Under the pieces are notes generated by a model that did no database searches, had not been told where the DNA came from, and saw nothing but the letters and a program-made list of their open reading frames with translations. Positions 39,168 through 43,581 of a stretch of 43,581 bases of DNA are shown piece after piece. A program made the translations under genes and the position numbers. The first letter of the stretch is position 1; the number at the start of each line of letters is the position of its first letter. The DNA comes from Pseudomonadota bacterium. Lineage in GTDB: Bacteria > Pseudomonadota > Alphaproteobacteria > Paracaedibacterales > CAIOTO01. The stretch spans positions 73,752 to 117,332 of the forward strand of contig JAZKDQ010000014.1 in assembly GCA_040387495.1 (NCBI GenBank), read 5' to 3'.

Positions 39168-39303
39168 CATTTCTTGCTAAATAACAAAATACCCCCAGCA
39201 TAATAAAATGTGGGGGAAAATCCAGTATTACATGGCCTAAGCCGTAGACTAAGATTTCCGGGTCACATGCAAGCCTGGCAGCCTAAAATTCTAAACACGA
39301 CAC

Positions 39304-39334
39304 AAAAAAGGAGGCAAATGATGCCTCCCTTTTT
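39304..39334 (-). terminator. Bidirectional terminator of valS
   Basis: A6-GGAGGCA-AATGA-TGCCTCC-CT5. Confidence 0.85.
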
Positions 39335-39373
39335 ATTCTTTTTCACACTCATTAGCGCTATCGCCTTCGCTAA

Positions 39374-41962
39374 TTAATCACCAAGCGAATCCAAAATCCC
39401 TTGGATTTTCTCAACCTCAATGGATTTGAGAGCGTGCAAATCAAAGTCAGTCTGCCAGACGTCCGGTTTGGCGTTTTTAAACGCTTCGTTTGTTAACTTC
39501 TTCGACAAATGAATGACTTCAGTTGATAGCACGCTGGACTTATCCTGCAACATTTTTTTGACTTCATCCAGGCGAATTACGTCATTGATTTCTAGTACAA
39601 AGGTGCTTCCCGAAACAACAAAAGGAACGCCTTTACCACTTTCATTTAAGTCACTTAGGCGTGCTAAGTGGCTGATCCATGGCCAATTTTGGGTCAAAAG
39701 CGCATTATCAGCCGCAGACCCTTGACTTACCAGTGGCACACGAACGACGCCGGTGATACCAAGCAGACCTTTGAGCGAGCGAACTGCCTCGACAAATGCA
39801 ACTGCCCAATCAACGCCTTTGATCGCATCGGATGGTGGCACGGTCAATGTTGTCCAAGGTTGCTCCATAAGTGTATCTTTACCAACAAATTCTTCCCACA
39901 AATGTTCTGTTAGCATCGGCATAATGGGGTTCGCTGCTTTTAAAAATTGCACTAATACCCACATCGCTGTTTTGCGTGTCTCGTCAGCAATTTCAGAATC
40001 AGTCAGCAGTGGCTTTAAGCATTCAACATAGATATCGCAATAGGCGCCCCACAAAAAGCGATACAGAACATTCGTTGCTAAATCAAAACGATAGCCTTCG
40101 ATTTCACGAGCGACGTCATCAATCATACCAGCCGTCTTTTGAACGATCCACTGATTCACCGGAGCTTTTACCGTCATTGGGTCAAATGCCTGGTCATATG
40201 CGCATTCATTCATTTCTAAAAAGCGTGCCGAATTCCAGATTTTTGTGATGAAATTTCGTGTGCTTTCAACACGAGATTCACCAATCTTAACGTCACGGCC
40301 AGGGGTTGCCAATTGCGCCAAAGTAAAGCGCAGTGCATCCGCACCAAACTTATCAATTAACACCAATGGGTCAATAATATTACCGATTGATTTTGACATC
40401 TTTCGGCCTTTTTCATCGCGAACGAGCGCGTGAATGTAAACCGTTTTAAAGGGAACCTCACCCATAAAGTGCAGGCCCATCATCATCATACGGGCAACCC
40501 AGAAAAAGATAATATCGAATCCAGTTGTTAGTAGTTCTGTTGGGTAATAACGATCAAGTTCTGGTGTCTTGTCTGGCCAGCCGAGTGTTGTAAACGGCCA
40601 CAGTGCGGATGAAAACCAGGTGTCGAGCACATCTGGGTCACGTGTTAATGTAACGCCAGTTCCTGCTTGTTGTTGGGCTTCCTCTTCAGACTCTGCCACG
40701 AAAATTGTACCATCAGCCGCGTGCCATGCAGGGATTTGATGCCCCCACCAGATTTGTCGTGAAATACACCACGGCTGAATATTGCGCATCCATTCAAAGT
40801 AGGTGTTCTCCCAATTCTTAGGGAAAAACTGCGTGCGGCCATCTTCAACAGCTTTTAGGGCTGGCGCTGCCAATGTTTCTGCATCAATAAACCATTGATC
40901 CGTGAGCCAGGGTTGAACCTGGACATTGCTGCGTTCACTATAAGGCACTTGGTTTGTGATAGATTCTGTCTTAACAAGCAACTCTTGTGCCTCAAGCGCT
41001 GCAAGCACTTTTGCACGTGCCTTTGGAAACGTGAGACCAATATAATCAGCCGGAGCGGGATCAATGATATGACCTGTTGAATCCATAATATTGATCAGTG
41101 GTAATTTATTGCGCTGGCCAACGGCAAAGTCATTCATGTCATGCCCTGGCGTGATTTTAACGGCGCCAGTACCTTTTTCCTTGTCGCAATAGGTATCTAC
41201 AATAATAGGAATCAAACGATCAGTCAGCGGCAGGCGGGCCATTTTACCAATCAGGTGCTGGTAGCGTTCGTCCTCTGGGTGCACAGCAACAGCTGTATCG
41301 CCAAACATGGTTTCAGGGCGCGTGGTTGCAACCGTAATGAATTCATTCGTACCATCAATGGGGTAATTGATGTGCCACATATGGCCTTTTTGTTCACGTG
41401 AGTCCACTTCAAGATCTGAAATTGCAGTTTGGAGCGATGTATCCCAATTCACCAGGCGTTTTGCGCGATAAATTAGCCCTTCTTGATGCAGCTGAACAAA
41501 CACTTTTACAACGGCGCGTGATAGCCCTTCGTCCATCGTAAAGCGTGCACGTTCCCAATCAGGTGAAATACACAAGCGGCGTTTTTGATTCACAATCGTA
41601 TTGCCGGATTTTTCTTTCCACTCCCACACTTTGTCTATAAATGCGTCGCGCCCTAAGTCATGCCGCGTCACGCCTTGCTCTGCCAGCTGACGTTCAACGA
41701 CGATTTGCGTTGCAATTCCCGCGTGATCTGTGCCTGGTTGCCAGAGAACGTCCTTGCCACGTTTGCGCCAATAACGAATCAAAATATCTTGCAATGTATC
41801 GTTCAACGCATGCCCTAAATGAAGACTGCCTGTTACATTCGGTGGCGGCATCATAATGGTGTAAGTTTCGCGATTTGCAGTTTTGTCACACGCGAAAAGA
41901 TGTTCTGTCTTTTCATACAGACGTTGCTCAACGGATTGTGGATTAAAGAATTTATCTAACAT
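39374..41962 (-). CDS. valS: Valine--tRNA ligase
   Basis: PPPNVTGSLHLGH, GTDHAGIATQ, WCISRQIWWGH, DVLDTWFSS and KMSKS motifs. Confidence 0.98.
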   Translation of the reverse strand: MLDKFFNPQSVEQRLYEKTEHLFACDKTANRETYTIMMPPPNVTGSLHLGHALNDTLQDILIRYWRKRGKDVLWQPGTDHAGIATQIVVERQLAEQGVTRHDLGRDAFIDKVWEWKEKSGNTIVNQKRRLCISPDWERARFTMDEGLSRAVVKVFVQLHQEGLIYRAKRLVNWDTSLQTAISDLEVDSREQKGHMWHINYPIDGTNEFITVATTRPETMFGDTAVAVHPEDERYQHLIGKMARLPLTDRLIPIIVDTYCDKEKGTGAVKITPGHDMNDFAVGQRNKLPLINIMDSTGHIIDPAPADYIGLTFPKARAKVLAALEAQELLVKTESITNQVPYSERSNVQVQPWLTDQWFIDAETLAAPALKAVEDGRTQFFPKNWENTYFEWMRNIQPWCISRQIWWGHQIPAWHAADGTIFVAESEEEAQQQAGTGVTLTRDPDVLDTWFSSALWPFTTLGWPDKTPELDRYYPTELLTTGFDIIFFWVARMMMMGLHFMGEVPFKTVYIHALVRDEKGRKMSKSIGNIIDPLVLIDKFGADALRFTLAQLATPGRDVKIGESRVESTRNFITKIWNSARFLEMNECAYDQAFDPMTVKAPVNQWIVQKTAGMIDDVAREIEGYRFDLATNVLYRFLWGAYCDIYVECLKPLLTDSEIADETRKTAMWVLVQFLKAANPIMPMLTEHLWEEFVGKDTLMEQPWTTLTVPPSDAIKGVDWAVAFVEAVRSLKGLLGITGVVRVPLVSQGSAADNALLTQNWPWISHLARLSDLNESGKGVPFVVSGSTFVLEINDVIRLDEVKKMLQDKSSVLSTEVIHLSKKLTNEAFKNAKPDVWQTDFDLHALKSIEVEKIQGILDSLGD

Positions 41963-42080
41963 GTGAGGTACTCAAGAGAATTTTTAATGTTTATTAAACG
42001 TGTCCATATAATATGGTGCCCGCGTTAAAAAAGCAATTTTGTTGAGCAACGCATTATGTGGTTTAACAAAGAGAGTTCTG

Positions 42081-42096
42081 TTAACTAAGTGTTAAC
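42081..42096 (+). promoter_or_regulatory. CtrA box in the valS / hypothetical divergent intergenic region
   Basis: TTAA-CTAAGTG-TTAAC. Confidence 0.6.
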
Positions 42097-42248
42097 AAAG
42101 ATCGGATTACGGTATAAGCATACCGGAAAAATCTATCGCAGGGGTAGATTGCCTCATTATTTAGTATCTTTAAAATACATTGTATTTATCTAAAATTGAT
42201 TTTATCGTTAGAATATCGTGTATGTTTTTGTATGTTAGGATTTCCATT

Positions 42249-42788
42249 ATGATCAAAAAAATATTGTTATTAGTAACTATTTTGCCGTCGTTATTAAATG
42301 CTATGATAGATATTGAGGATGCTGAACATGCTGCTCGGCATGGGAGAATAGAAGAACTTAGAAGGTCTTATATTGCAATCACAGATCCTGAAAAAGACAA
42401 AATTATTATACCCACCATTAGAATTTATGGACATCTTGATGCGTTTTATATGAGTCTTGTACGCAATGGGGATGTAGAGATCCTCCAAAAATTAATGAGG
42501 ATTGATCACCTTCTAACTCCACATGCAATTAGCACAATCTTTGATGCAGCACTGGCTATGTATGCAGCGACCGACCCTGCTGACGAGGAAAAATGTTCCA
42601 TTTATAAAAATTTTATGGAAAATATGATGTCTAAAAAAAAGACAATGGATAAGTTACATCAAACATGTAAATCCAAATATGCTAGCATTGTTCTTAAGCA
42701 AGAAGAGCGAGTATTGCATAGCTTCACTGGTGATCAACAGGCGGCTTTTGATAGAGAAACAGAGTGCTGGATGCATACTTCATTTTGA
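42249..42788 (+). CDS. Secreted hypothetical protein with degenerate ankyrin-like motifs
   Basis: MIKKILLLVTILPSLLNA signal; HAARHGRIEELR and LVRNGDVEILQKLM. Confidence 0.65.
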   Translation: MIKKILLLVTILPSLLNAMIDIEDAEHAARHGRIEELRRSYIAITDPEKDKIIIPTIRIYGHLDAFYMSLVRNGDVEILQKLMRIDHLLTPHAISTIFDAALAMYAATDPADEEKCSIYKNFMENMMSKKKTMDKLHQTCKSKYASIVLKQEERVLHSFTGDQQAAFDRETECWMHTSF

Positions 42789-42842
42789 AGTTTTGGACCA
42801 TACATTGAATGAAGTGGAACGTAAGGTCAGAAAATAAAGAGT

Positions 42843-43535
42843 TCAGCGCAGAACTTTAATTATTTCATATTCCAAAGGTGGGTTGCGCGAAAGGTATGCA
42901 TTTTCACCATAAATGATAGCAATCAGAGTGATGCCGTTTTCAAAATCCACGCTTCGTATTCTTTGATCAAGTTCGGTTGTTTCTGGTTGTAGATCGAAAT
43001 CGTGTGTGAGTGTAGTTACGCCATCTGTTAGTTTGTATGAGATTGTATTAACAGACGCGCCGCATGTTATGCTTAATCCATAGAATTGTGTGGTGTAGAA
43101 TCCAGAGGCGTTTGCCGTTTTTGAAGCTGCGAAAATCGCTGTGATGATGGGGGATAACTCTGTTGATTCTGAGATAATATAATCACCGATATAATCGAGT
43201 GTGGCATGCTCGTCTGAAGTTTCTAAAACATTTAAGTGTCCAAAATATGACCACAAGGCATCTGTAAGTTTAAATGCATTAATGCTGCTAATAAAAACAT
43301 GCTTAACGGTGATTGTATTTTCAGAATTAGAATTGCTCGTGAGTGTCACTTCTTTTCTATCATTTGATTCGTGTGGATTAATTGTTACAGAAAAGACTTG
43401 TTGGCCAATTGGAAGGTTTACCGTATTGCGTGCATATGTAGCCATTTTACATGTGCCGGAGATAAAGCCTGTAGTTGTAAAACTTTGGATAGCTTTTGTT
43501 CTGCTTTGTGAGTTTGTTTTGTTTGCAAACCTCAA
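42843..43535 (-). CDS. Hypothetical protein or 3' fragment of a disrupted gene
   Basis: 230-codon ORF without a convincing start or RBS; an in-frame TAA lies upstream at 43566-43568. Confidence 0.45.
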   Translation of the reverse strand: MRFANKTNSQSRTKAIQSFTTTGFISGTCKMATYARNTVNLPIGQQVFSVTINPHESNDRKEVTLTSNSNSENTITVKHVFISSINAFKLTDALWSYFGHLNVLETSDEHATLDYIGDYIISESTELSPIITAIFAASKTANASGFYTTQFYGLSITCGASVNTISYKLTDGVTTLTHDFDLQPETTELDQRIRSVDFENGITLIAIIYGENAYLSRNPPLEYEIIKVLR

Positions 43536-43581
43536 TTCGGGATTAAAATTGCACCATAACTGATTTTAGATTTTAATCAGA

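Noticed and set aside
39230..39290. c-di-GMP-I riboswitch resemblance (GCAAGCC…GCCTAAA)
   Set aside because: The P2 GNRA-loop arm is missing and there is no downstream gene on that strand.
2770..43563. Remaining short ORF-track entries overlapping annotated genes
   Set aside because: Antisense or out-of-frame shadows without RBS or recognisable motifs.
1..43581. tRNA/rRNA genes
   Set aside because: No cloverleaf/T-loop signatures or rRNA-like sequence were recognised by eye; a tRNAscan/Infernal run would be needed to exclude them.

Overview
AT-rich chromosomal window that looks like an alphaproteobacterial endosymbiont of eukaryotes, probably Holosporales/Rickettsiales-like. This is inferred from an NTT nucleotide transporter, CtrA boxes, REP/RPE palindromes and many orphan signal-peptide proteins. 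It opens with the end of a Tn3-family transposon: tnpA runs off the window, followed by tnpR, a passenger ORF and a candidate IR. Core genes (HIT, dapB, two pmtA, yccA, ntt, peroxiredoxin, OMP, metQ, kdsA, yraN, BON/dolP, valS) are interleaved with secreted effector-like ORFs. At ~12.0-12.24 kb there is a strong oriC candidate: about 10 DnaA boxes, DnaA-trio-like repeats, an AT-rich flank and a CtrA box, with a gene-strand switch nearby. Three patterns are not explained by the annotation. (1) Accessory genes sit in tandem 'cassettes' delimited by direct copies of the adjacent core sequence (half of oriC, the 3' end of ntt twice, the 3' region of valS), with no integrase in view. (2) Three dispersed secreted proteins share an unrecognised ~135-150 aa N-terminal domain joined to different C-termini, one of which resembles a catalytically dead OTU deubiquitinase. 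(3) A 1538-aa secreted NUDIX + ART-like + ankyrin-like protein lies between the two oriC copies. All domain calls come from reading motifs by eye; no database searches were run.
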